This document shows positions 8,411 through 16,466 of a stretch of 32,000 nucleotides of DNA, piece after piece. Source of the DNA: Acaryochloris thomasi RCC1774 (GTDB lineage Bacteria; Cyanobacteriota; Cyanobacteriia; Thermosynechococcales; Thermosynechococcaceae); NCBI RefSeq assembly GCF_003231495.1, contig NZ_PQWO01000004.1, forward strand, positions 60,001-92,000, read 5' to 3'. The translations under genes were made by a program, and so were the position numbers. The notes under the pieces are model-generated. The model made no database searches. It saw nothing but the letters and a program-made list of their open reading frames with translations, and was not told the origin of the DNA. How positions within the stretch are numbered: the stretch's first letter is position 1; the number at the start of each line of letters is the position of its first letter.

Positions 8411-9000
8411 GGGCCTGACGCATATCAAAAATCAGAAGAGAGCAGAAAGATATACGGGCAAAAACTAGAAAGCCCCAAATATTTTCCTTTGGAAGAATTT
8501 CTTTTTGTAACTCAGCGTGCATAGATTGCTAAGGGTCTTGCATAAAAGTGCTAAGCCTGCGTTATGCTTCGTGACAGACAGTTACAGCCCCTCGCTTCAG
8601 GTAACTTAAAGCTAACCATACAAGGAAATATTGAACTGCAGTCATGTTGATGTACTTCAGCCCAAATATCTATTCAAATAGTATTTAAAAGACAGCTTTC
8701 TTTCAGAAGGTCTAATTCTCTTGAAAGCTAAAACATTCTTTCAGGTAAAGCTAAAATTCTGAAGAAAACTACTCACTGCTTTTGCTACTTGCTAACGATT
8801 TTGTAGAGAGAAGCAATTTTTCTACTCTGCTTCTGAATAAAGGCTACCAGCTACTCTACTCCCAGGACATTGGACGATCTATGGCAGGCATAGGATTTTC
8901 TTTTGATCTGTCTGGGAATACTCATAAAGGTATTGCCGTCTAAATCTGGATCAACACTCATTCAGGGTTCGGTTCAGGCAGCAGGCTCTACTCACTTTGG

Positions 9001-9759
9001 TCATTCATGCTGACAGCTATCGATCTCTTGCCGCCAAGCCTGAGGAGAGACGCCATGGATCTGACGAAATTGACGATTGAAGTAGCCTGCATCGGTATAG
9101 CCTGTATCTGCCGCCACCTTTTTGATCGGTTCTTTTGTCTTGGACAGCAGTTCGCGGGCTTGGGTCATGCGGCGTTCAATAATCCATTGCTTAACGGAGC
9201 GGCCCGTCTGACTATTGACGAGGCTCGTGAGATAGGCCGGAGAGTAGCCCACCACATCCGCGATATCTCGGAGCTGAATGGGCTGTTGGTAATGTGCTTC
9301 TATGAATTGGAACACAGAGCTGAGTTGCGGACAGTCTGGGAAAATGCTGGTTGGTGGTTCAGTCTCGTCTGATGGCGGATGTAGATCGGAGTGGCGCTGA
9401 AGGCGGGTTGCGATCGCATCAATAAACACCCCCACCGTACAGGGCTTCGTCAAATAATCATCGGCTCCCAAATTCATTCCCACCCGCAGATCGGGCATTG
9501 TCGCCTTCGCCGTCAAAAAAATAAAAGGAATGCTCGCCGTATCAGACCCCTGACGCAGCGTTGAAAGCACCTGATAGCCATCCATATCTGGCATCATAAT
9601 GTCGCACACCACTAAATCGGGATGGTGTGTTTGCGCCAACTCAACCCCTTCGGACCCACAGCTTGCCCCCACAGCACCAAAGCCCTCAAAGGATAAACTG
9701 CTCAGAAACACGCTGCGGGTTTGGGCTTCATCCTCAATAATGAGAACTGTTTGGGACAT
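9001..9759 (-). CDS. response regulator, receiver domain plus AraC-type HTH output
   Basis: REC motifs (LIIEDE, DLVVCDIMMPDMDG, LTAK). The C-terminal AraC signature is GYSPAYLTSLV...GYTDAGYFNRQFRQIHGVSP. Confidence 0.85.
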   Translation of the reverse strand: MSQTVLIIEDEAQTRSVFLSSLSFEGFGAVGASCGSEGVELAQTHHPDLVVCDIMMPDMDGYQVLSTLRQGSDTASIPFIFLTAKATMPDLRVGMNLGADDYLTKPCTVGVFIDAIATRLQRHSDLHPPSDETEPPTSIFPDCPQLSSVFQFIEAHYQQPIQLRDIADVVGYSPAYLTSLVNSQTGRSVKQWIIERRMTQARELLSKTKEPIKKVAADTGYTDAGYFNRQFRQIHGVSPQAWRQEIDSCQHE

Positions 9760-9863
9760 TGCTCAAGCTTTGATAGAACTGATGGCCGGACTGTGCGAGC
9801 TTTGCGATTTTTCCGAAGGCTATAACCGTCAGTTAACCGTTTTATGAGGGGCGCTTTGGTGTA

Positions 9864-11072
9864 ATGGATAACAGTTTGACGACGGGTCAACCCACGGCAA
9901 AAGTGCTAGAAACGCTGCGGCGACAGAATGAGCTGATTCTCAATTCTGTGGGTGAGGGTATCTATGGCCTAGATCTCGACGGAAATGCTACCTTCGTCAA
10001 TCCCGCTGCTGCTGAGATGATTGGTACAGCCGTGAGCGATTTGATTGGCAAGTCCATGCACCAGGTGTTGCATCACTCCCATGCTGACGGACGCCACTAT
10101 CCTCGTGAGACTTGCCCGATCTATGCCGCATTCAAGGATGGCGCAGTTCACCGCGTCACTGATGAAGTGTTTTGGCGTCAGGATGGAACGGCTTTCCCAG
10201 TGGAATATCTGAGTACGCCCATGCGTGATGAACAAGGGCAGCTTGTGGGAGCTGTTGTCACGTTTCGGGATATCTCGAAACGCAAGTGGGCTGAGGCAAT
10301 TCTGCAGCAAACCAATGAGGCGCTAGAGCTGAAGGTGCAGGAGCGGACAGCGGAGTTGATACAGGCTAATCAGCAGCTTCAGGAGTTGAGTGAGTTGCGA
10401 TCGCGTTTTGTCTCGATGGTCTGTCACGAGTTCCGCAACCCGCTTAATAACATTGCCCTCTCTGTTTCATCAATGGAGCGCTATGAGCAGCAGCTCTCTG
10501 AAGATCAGAAGCGAGAGTATCTGCAGGCGATTGTCGCCAATACAGATCGGATGACGGCGATGATTGACGACATCTTGGTGATTGGGAAAATTGAAGCGGA
10601 CCAGTTAGCGATTAGACCCGCCACCCTTGATATTGTTCAGTTTTGTCAGGCGTTGCTCAAAGAGCTGCAGTTGACTGCACCTAAGCATGAGTTGGTATGG
10701 GTTTGCGATCGCACCCATTTAGAGATGGGGGTCGATGAACAACTGTTGCGATCGGTCTTAGTCAATATTTTGCACAATGCGATTCGCTACTCGCCGCAGG
10801 GGGGACAGATTGAACTGAAGCTGGTTCAAGAGCCACAGGCAATCACGTTTCACATCACCGATCACGGACTCGGCATTCCCGACGCGGATCAGTCTCTTCT
10901 CTTTGAACCCTTCCATCGCGGTAAAAACGTCAGCAACATTCCTGGCACAGGACTAGGGTTGAGTATCGTAAAGCAATTTGTTGTGCTATTGAACGGCACT
11001 GTTGCCTTTGAAAGCACCTTAGGAGTGGGAACAAGCTTTATCATTCGCTTGCCAGCCATTGCTGTACGTTGA
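9864..11072 (+). CDS. PAS-domain sensor histidine kinase
   Basis: PAS region, coiled-coil, H-box CHEFRNPLN, and an HATPase with N, G1 and G2 boxes (ILHNAIRYS, DHGLGIP, GTGLGLSIV). Divergent from the regulator. Confidence 0.85.
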   Translation: MDNSLTTGQPTAKVLETLRRQNELILNSVGEGIYGLDLDGNATFVNPAAAEMIGTAVSDLIGKSMHQVLHHSHADGRHYPRETCPIYAAFKDGAVHRVTDEVFWRQDGTAFPVEYLSTPMRDEQGQLVGAVVTFRDISKRKWAEAILQQTNEALELKVQERTAELIQANQQLQELSELRSRFVSMVCHEFRNPLNNIALSVSSMERYEQQLSEDQKREYLQAIVANTDRMTAMIDDILVIGKIEADQLAIRPATLDIVQFCQALLKELQLTAPKHELVWVCDRTHLEMGVDEQLLRSVLVNILHNAIRYSPQGGQIELKLVQEPQAITFHITDHGLGIPDADQSLLFEPFHRGKNVSNIPGTGLGLSIVKQFVVLLNGTVAFESTLGVGTSFIIRLPAIAVR

Positions 11073-11249
11073 AAATCTGTATTGCACAGACGACTTACTC
11101 CAGCCACCAACATTGATCTAGACTATGCTGTGCGTATAGCAGTCGAGCGGCTGGTTAAGACAGTGGGCCTCTAACCCATACGGGTTTCAGCCGAGAAGAT
11201 GTCCTAACAAATACCTCTCTTGCTATAGAGACAGATTGCGTGCACCGTA

Positions 11250-11822
11250 ATGACCTTTGTCGCTCCTCAACACCTGACGCTAGATGACTTTCTTGGGCTT
11301 CCAGACCTGGAACAGTCTCCGACATGGGAATATGTTGCAGGGGAGGCAATTCAGAAACCGATGCCCAAGGTTCGACATTCGCTGCTGCAAAAGCGACTGC
11401 TGACTAAGTTAGATAGCGCAGGAGAGAACTATCTGGCTCTGCCTGAGCTACGTTGCACATTTGGAGATCGCTCCGTTGTCCCGGATATTGTCGTAGTATC
11501 TTTAGACCAATTTGACCTCAATGATTTGGGTGAACCGGAAGATAACTTTACTCAGGCTCCAGATTGGGCCATAGAGGTGCTTTCACCGGATCAAAATGCG
11601 AATCGGGTGATCGATAATCTGCTGTATTGCCTCCGTCATGGTGGTCAGCTTGGTTGGTTGATTGATCCCGATGATTATTCTGTGTTGGTATTAACACCTG
11701 GTCAGGAGTTAGAAATTTATCGGGGTACTCAGCAGATTCCGGTGCTCGGTGGCGTGACGTTGCAGCTTACAGCAGAGGAAATATTTGGCTGGCTGAAACT
11801 CAAACACATCAGCTCAGGTTAA
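11250..11822 (+). CDS. Uma2 (DUF820) family endonuclease-like protein
   Basis: Typical Uma2 pattern: LTLDDFLGLPD...WEYVAGEAIQKPMP...PDIVVV...APDWAIEVLSP. Confidence 0.8.
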   Translation: MTFVAPQHLTLDDFLGLPDLEQSPTWEYVAGEAIQKPMPKVRHSLLQKRLLTKLDSAGENYLALPELRCTFGDRSVVPDIVVVSLDQFDLNDLGEPEDNFTQAPDWAIEVLSPDQNANRVIDNLLYCLRHGGQLGWLIDPDDYSVLVLTPGQELEIYRGTQQIPVLGGVTLQLTAEEIFGWLKLKHISSG

Positions 11823-11846
11823 CGCTAGCCCTTAAGGATACCGACC

Positions 11847-13127
11847 ATGATCTGGAATCGGCGAAATTTCCTCATTGCTGCAGGGTTAGGATCCGCCGCC
11901 TCTACCATTACAGCTAATCAGACACTCGCTCAGCCTTCACAGGCAGAGAAAGAGGTAGCGCTAGAAAATTTGAAGGATTGGGACCAGGTCCGCGATTTCT
12001 TTAACCTTGATCCAGACTACATTCATTTGGCTGGATTACTGATCGCCTCTAACCCGGCCAATGTTCAAGCTGCGATTGAATCCCATCGCACGGGTCTGGA
12101 CAATAATCCAACCCACTACCTTTCCGACCACAGGCGAAATCTAGAGGCTGAGGTGCGGCAGAGTGCGGCCAACTATCTTGGTGTTCAACCGGATGAAATT
12201 GCGTTAACTGACAGCACGACGATGGGGACTGGACTGGTCATTAACGGGCTGGCGATTCGTCCTGATCAGGAAATGCTGACGACTGAGTTTGATTACTACT
12301 CGACCCATGCCTCGCTGCGCTATAAAGCTGATCGCACTGGGGCCGCAGTACGAGAGATTCCGCTCTATCAAGATATCCAAAACGTCTCTGAGGATGAAAT
12401 GGTGGAGACGTTGGTGGGGGCGATTCGGCCCAACACCCGACTGGTGACGGCAACCTGGGTGCATTCTAATACGGGCCTTAAGGTTCCGATTGCACAAATC
12501 AGTGAACGGTTGAAGGCGGTCAATGCCAATCGAGACGAGGAGGATCGCGTTTTGTTTTTTGTGGATGGTGTGCATGGTCTGGGGGTGGAGGAATGCGATT
12601 TGAGTGAGATCGATTGCGACTTTTTTGTGGCGGGAACCCACAAGTGGATGTTTGCGCCCCGAGGGTCGGGCTTCATTTGGGGCAATCCGAGATCTCAGAA
12701 GGCGGTGACGCCGACGATTCCGACGTTTAGTAGAGGTGCGGGTTGGGGTGGATGGATGACGCCGGGTGGGTTCAAGCCGTTTGAGCACCAGTGGGCGATG
12801 GTTCAGGCGTTTGCGTTTCATGAGCAGATTGGACAGAAGCGCGTTAGGAAGCGGCTGCATCGGTTCAGCGAACAGATGAAAAAGGGGTTGGCGAAAATGG
12901 AGCATGTGACGCTCTATACGCCAGTTGATCAGGATGTTTCAGCGGCTATTGTTTGTTTTGATGTAGATGGGTCGTCTCCACAACAGGTTGTCGATGGTTT
13001 GAGAGAGCAGAATATTATTGCTAGTACAACTCCCTATGCGACATCCTATGCTCGGGTGTCGCTTGGGATTTATAACACTTCGGAAGAAATTGAAAGGACT
13101 TTGAGGGCAATTCGTGAGCTCGCTTGA
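11847..13127 (+). CDS. class-V aminotransferase-fold PLP enzyme with a Tat signal peptide
   Basis: N-terminus MIWNRRNFLIAAGLGSAAS...LAQP has a twin-arginine motif. The PLP-lysine context is VAGTHKWMFAPRGSG. Resembles the isopenicillin-N-epimerase / cysteine-desulfurase-like fold. Confidence 0.75.
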   Translation: MIWNRRNFLIAAGLGSAASTITANQTLAQPSQAEKEVALENLKDWDQVRDFFNLDPDYIHLAGLLIASNPANVQAAIESHRTGLDNNPTHYLSDHRRNLEAEVRQSAANYLGVQPDEIALTDSTTMGTGLVINGLAIRPDQEMLTTEFDYYSTHASLRYKADRTGAAVREIPLYQDIQNVSEDEMVETLVGAIRPNTRLVTATWVHSNTGLKVPIAQISERLKAVNANRDEEDRVLFFVDGVHGLGVEECDLSEIDCDFFVAGTHKWMFAPRGSGFIWGNPRSQKAVTPTIPTFSRGAGWGGWMTPGGFKPFEHQWAMVQAFAFHEQIGQKRVRKRLHRFSEQMKKGLAKMEHVTLYTPVDQDVSAAIVCFDVDGSSPQQVVDGLREQNIIASTTPYATSYARVSLGIYNTSEEIERTLRAIRELA

Positions 13128-13442
13128 TGTTCCCTTGGACGTCTTAATTTGCCTGATAACACTCTAGGGAAAGGCAAAAGAAAAGCGTCTTTAATGCTTT
13201 TCAAGCATAGCTTTCAGGAGATATAGGTTGAGTTTCCGTGTCGGCAAATTTCCGTACTGCCGATCCGTAGGGAGAGGTGCTAGTGTAGAGCTGGCTGGCT
13301 TGTGGAGAGAAGCAGGCTCCTTGGCAAATTTGTGTTAGGAGGAAGTTTGCCTCCTAAGCATAGTTAGACTTCGAGTTCCGGCATGCTCGTTTTGTCTTTG
13401 TTGAGGGAATCCTACTAAAAATGATAGATCTTGATCCTAGTC

Positions 13443-13988
13443 ATGCTTGATTTAACTAAAGAGCAATCGGTAAGTGCCATTGAGCAGAATATTTCTGCCA
13501 CTGAATCTCAGATATCTCACTTAACGTTAAGGCTTGAAAAAGCTAAGGAGGAAGTACAAGAGTGGGTTGAAGCAAATGCTGCTCTTTCGCAATCGGCAAC
13601 AGAAGCAAGAGCTGAAACTCAATCGATGGGTCGAGGTCTTGGAGGTGCGATACTAGGTTCTAAATATAGAGCTGCAAGCAGGAGAACTGCTGCATCAATC
13701 AACGCTGGAATTGCCCGAGATGTCGCAAGCAAGAGAGCACAGATTAAAGAAGGCAAACGGATTGCACAAGCGATAGCAAAAGATATTAAGTCTCAAATTA
13801 GTCAACTCAAAGCTGATTTAAAGTGTTTAAAATCGCAGAAAAAAGAACTTTCATCAAAGAAAAAAGAGACTAAGCAGTCTGTGCAATCTCTTAATCTATT
13901 ACAGAAACTTCACGAGGTGTATGAGTTAGGTCTATTGACTGAGGGGGAATACGAAGAAAAACGCCAAAAGCTAGTAGAGAAAATATAG
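13443..13988 (+). CDS. coiled-coil protein with a C-terminal SHOCT-like motif
   Basis: Starts at the ATG at 13443 (the track uses an upstream TTG). Long Lys/Glu/Gln/Ala coiled-coil. The C-terminus LLQKLHEVYELGLLTEGEYEEKRQKLVEKI resembles a SHOCT domain. Lies in an AT-rich islet. Confidence 0.55.
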   Translation: MLDLTKEQSVSAIEQNISATESQISHLTLRLEKAKEEVQEWVEANAALSQSATEARAETQSMGRGLGGAILGSKYRAASRRTAASINAGIARDVASKRAQIKEGKRIAQAIAKDIKSQISQLKADLKCLKSQKKELSSKKKETKQSVQSLNLLQKLHEVYELGLLTEGEYEEKRQKLVEKI

Positions 13989-14183
13989 TTTAATTGTCTT
14001 CATTCAAAATAATTGCTGAGGGTGATGTAACCTTTTTTATGCAATTACTATGGTATAAATTTTTTCCGGTGTTCTCCTGCGGGTCCAACCAGCCAATGCA
14101 GCGGGACGCTCGAAACACCTTACTGTTCAACGTTTTAAATTAACTCTCGCGCTCCCGATGGGGTGGCCGTTAGGCAGCTTTCG

Positions 14184-14639
14184 ATGGCAATACAGCTCCG
14201 CGACGCAACGACAGACGACCGCGATACCATTATCGCTTTCGATCAGATCGCTCAATCCGATTCACAACGGATTAACTTTGTTGATCGCATACTCGGTTCG
14301 GAACTCTGCCTGGTTGCGGAACGCAACGGACAAGTCATCGCATACGGCGTTCTGGAATACACATTTTTCGACAACGGGTTTATTTCCATGATCTACGTGG
14401 CTTCTCCTGAACGTCGTCTCGGTGTGGGCAGCGCTCTCGTCGAAGCCCTGGCCGATCGCTGCAAGACCCCAAAGGTGTTCACGTCCACCAACCAGTCAAA
14501 TGTGCCGATGCAGCGGCTACTTGAGCGTTATGGTTTCGCGCCAAGCGGTATCATTCACAACCTTGACCCTAGAGATCCGGAACTGGTGTACGTTTTGGAT
14601 CGGCAAATAGAAAGATTGGGACCAGGTCCTGAACGGTGA
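14184..14639 (+). CDS. GNAT-family N-acetyltransferase
   Basis: MAIQLRDATTDD start. Acetyl-CoA motif region RRLGVGSALVEAL. C-terminal NVPMQRLLERYGF. Confidence 0.75.
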   Translation: MAIQLRDATTDDRDTIIAFDQIAQSDSQRINFVDRILGSELCLVAERNGQVIAYGVLEYTFFDNGFISMIYVASPERRLGVGSALVEALADRCKTPKVFTSTNQSNVPMQRLLERYGFAPSGIIHNLDPRDPELVYVLDRQIERLGPGPER

Positions 14640-14667
14640 CTGCCGGACTTGGCTTAACCCCGCAATC

Positions 14668-14733
14668 GAGCGGACAGGGGACAGCGTAGGTTTTCGAGTG
14701 AGTCATCAGTCTTCCGCCTGTCCCCTGCCGCTC
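14668..14733. terminator. long imperfect hairpin between convergent genes (bidirectional terminator-like)
   Basis: GAGCGGACAGGGGACAG (14668-14684) pairs with CTGTCCCCTGCCGCTC (14718-14733), leaving one bulged A. No T-run follows. It lies between the GNAT stop (14639) and the Uma2 pseudogene stop (14744). Confidence 0.35.
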
Positions 14734-14743
14734 ATCGCCATCG

Positions 14744-15520
14744 TTAGCCCATTTTCAACCAACTAAAGATTGAGCTAGCCGTAAGAGTCAGTTCTAGACT
14801 CGGAAGAACGGGAATAACTCGATCACCACGACATAATGCTGGCTGTTGCTGAGGCTGTAAACCTACATTCCGCAGGTAGTACACTTTTCTAGAAGCAATA
14901 TTAGAGAAGGGTTACAGGGCCTGTCAAAAATCGGCTCTGTTCTATCAATCCAGGTTGCATCACCTGAAAAAACAGATCACAGACTCTCTAGAAGCCAGAT
15001 TCGGAAAAGCAATACAGGTTAATCGGCCACCTGTCTCTCAACGCTCTGAGGGAGGTATTCTTGAATTTCGGGCTAAGGCTCAAAGCCTTTACTGGGAAAG
15101 GCTTACAAGAATTCACTAACCTGCGGAATGTAGGTGTAAAAACAAAATATTGAGATCATCTGAATCGATAAACCAACCAACGCGACTACTATTCTCCAGG
15201 CAATAAAGAATATTGTCTAACACTTGATTGGGTCGCTGTTCAAGGGACAGAATTTCAATGATCCAATCTGGCGATCGATTAAAGTTATCGGGAACATTAC
15301 CGTCTGAAGTGAATGATATATGCTCCCACTGAAAACTGACATATCCGGGAAAACCGATCTCGCTCCAAAACCGCATCTCAATTCTGGAAAAGCATAAGCA
15401 ACTTTCGTATTTTACAGAGACTTGATTGATAATCGCGCAGAGTTTTCTCTTTACCCAACATACTGGACGCTTTAACTTTATGCTCATGCCCCTGATGGTT
15501 GATCCGTTAGACTTATCCAA
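14744..15520 (-). pseudogene. Uma2-family gene, 5'-truncated and split by a MITE insertion
   Basis: The upstream part reads ...PDWIIEILS...VGWFIDSDDLNILF. It is interrupted, then resumes at 14860 as LQPQQQPALCRGDRVIPVLPSLELTLTASSIFSWLKMG*. The joined text is colinear, residue for residue, with the intact Uma2 at 11250-11822. Confidence 0.65.
14861..15136. mobile_element. 276-bp MITE (family B) with 17-bp perfect terminal inverted repeats
   Basis: ACCTACATTCCGCAGGT (14861-14877) versus ACCTGCGGAATGTAGGT (15119-15135). Flanked by TAA direct repeats (14858-14860 and 15137-15139). No ORF inside. Confidence 0.7.
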
Positions 15521-15560
15521 TTTTCGTGTATCTTGATTGAGCTGAGAGCAGCGCTAGAAG

Positions 15561-15836
15561 ATGCAGTTTGAGTGGGATCCTCAAAAAGCGATAATTAATT
15601 TTCAGAAGCATGGTGTTTCATTTCGGGAAGCCTCAACTGTCTTCCAAGACACACTGTCGATGACTTACCCTGACCAAGACCACTCCACTGGAGAAAGTCG
15701 CTACGTTATGATCGGCTTATCCCGCTACGGTCAGTTACTGGTGATAGCTCACACAGAGCGGGCGAATCGTATACGTATCATTAGTGCCCGGAGGGCAACC
15801 CGTAATGAGCAAAGATTCTATGAAGAAGACGACTGA
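15561..15836 (+). CDS. brnT: BrnT-family (DUF497) ribonuclease toxin
   Basis: MQFEWDPQKAIINFQKHGVSFREASTVF...RIISARRATRNE is the characteristic DUF497 pattern. Confidence 0.8.
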   Translation: MQFEWDPQKAIINFQKHGVSFREASTVFQDTLSMTYPDQDHSTGESRYVMIGLSRYGQLLVIAHTERANRIRIISARRATRNEQRFYEEDD

Positions 15837-16041
15837 GAATGAGCTAGAGAATGATTTACGTCCCGAGTACAACTTTGCTCAGATGTCAGGAGGTGTAAGA
15901 GGCAAGTATGCTGACCGCTGCCAGTCTGAGACAAATATAGTTGTATTAGAGCCAGATGTGGCTCAGGCTTTCCCAACGGAGGCATCGGTCAATGAAGCGT
16001 TACGTCTTTTGATACAAGTTGCCCAGCGTCAACAAGCCTAA
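15805..16041 (+). CDS. putative cognate antitoxin (BrnA-like)
   Basis: Overlaps the brnT 3' end. Has the LRPEYNFAQMSGGVRGKYA motif common in small antitoxins paired with DUF497. The start is ambiguous (15805 or 15820). Confidence 0.55.
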   Translation: MSKDSMKKTTENELENDLRPEYNFAQMSGGVRGKYADRCQSETNIVVLEPDVAQAFPTEASVNEALRLLIQVAQRQQA

Positions 16042-16126
16042 CAACACAATACATACGGGTACTCGGCGAACACTTCTACTACTTCTTTTTATTTTTAGCC
16101 CTTGCTCGCACCAGCTATTGTCATCG

Positions 16127-16372
16127 TTATACCTTTCTCTGTTGGCTTTCGCTCTCGTTAGATTCCCTGATATCTTGCAGATAATGCGGGCTGTCGAATT
16201 CAGCCTTCAAACTCGCTGTAATCTCTGTATCCCAATCAGGATCATCGGGTGCAATACAGGGCTTGGAAGGGCGACCTGAGAATTCCTCATATAATATTTG
16301 AGCTTGAGGAGTCCCTTTCAACATCCAAAGTAAATCAGTAATTTGCTGGGTTGTCAGCTCAGATAGGTTCAT
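16127..16372 (-). CDS. hypothetical small protein
   Basis: 81 aa from the ATG at 16372 (MNLSELTTQQITDLL...). No family recognised. Confidence 0.35.
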   Translation of the reverse strand: MNLSELTTQQITDLLWMLKGTPQAQILYEEFSGRPSKPCIAPDDPDWDTEITASLKAEFDSPHYLQDIRESNESESQQRKV

Positions 16373-16466
16373 TTGACGATTCACTAACACTCTCCCTTTT
16401 CGTCAAGAAGATCATCAACCCACGTTTTAATTTTTCAAGGTGGCATCACACCGATCAGTTTTGCCA

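Noticed and set aside
11073-11249. tRNA-like or structured-RNA look of GCAGTCGAGCGGCTGGTTAAGACAGTGGGCCTCTAACCCATACGGGTTTCAGCC, and track ORF 11155-11349.
   Set aside because: No acceptor, T-arm (GGTTCGAATCC-type) or cloverleaf could be built. The ORF product is low-complexity and overlaps the Uma2 start.
12204-12905. 233-aa ORF antisense to the aminotransferase. Similar antisense or nested ORFs include 3018-3503, 9007-9372, 9969-10310, 6741-7073, 4989-5291, 19306-19620 and 20599-20928.
   Set aside because: These have Arg/His/Pro/Ser-rich, low-complexity products lying entirely inside well-supported genes on the other strand. They are typical shadow ORFs.
13335-13357. Hairpin TTAGGAGG-aagtttg-CCTCCTAA, considered as an attC or a terminator.
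   Set aside because: The order GTT…AAG is the reverse of an attC (AAC…GTT) on either strand. No T-run follows and it lies 200 bp past the upstream stop. I leave it as an unexplained small palindrome.
16036-16163. A third attC-like candidate: GCCTAAC overlapping the antitoxin stop, and GTTAGAT 128 bp later.
   Set aside because: I could not find complementary L''/L' arms between the two cores. The distal part is coding sequence of the minus-strand ORF 16127-16372.
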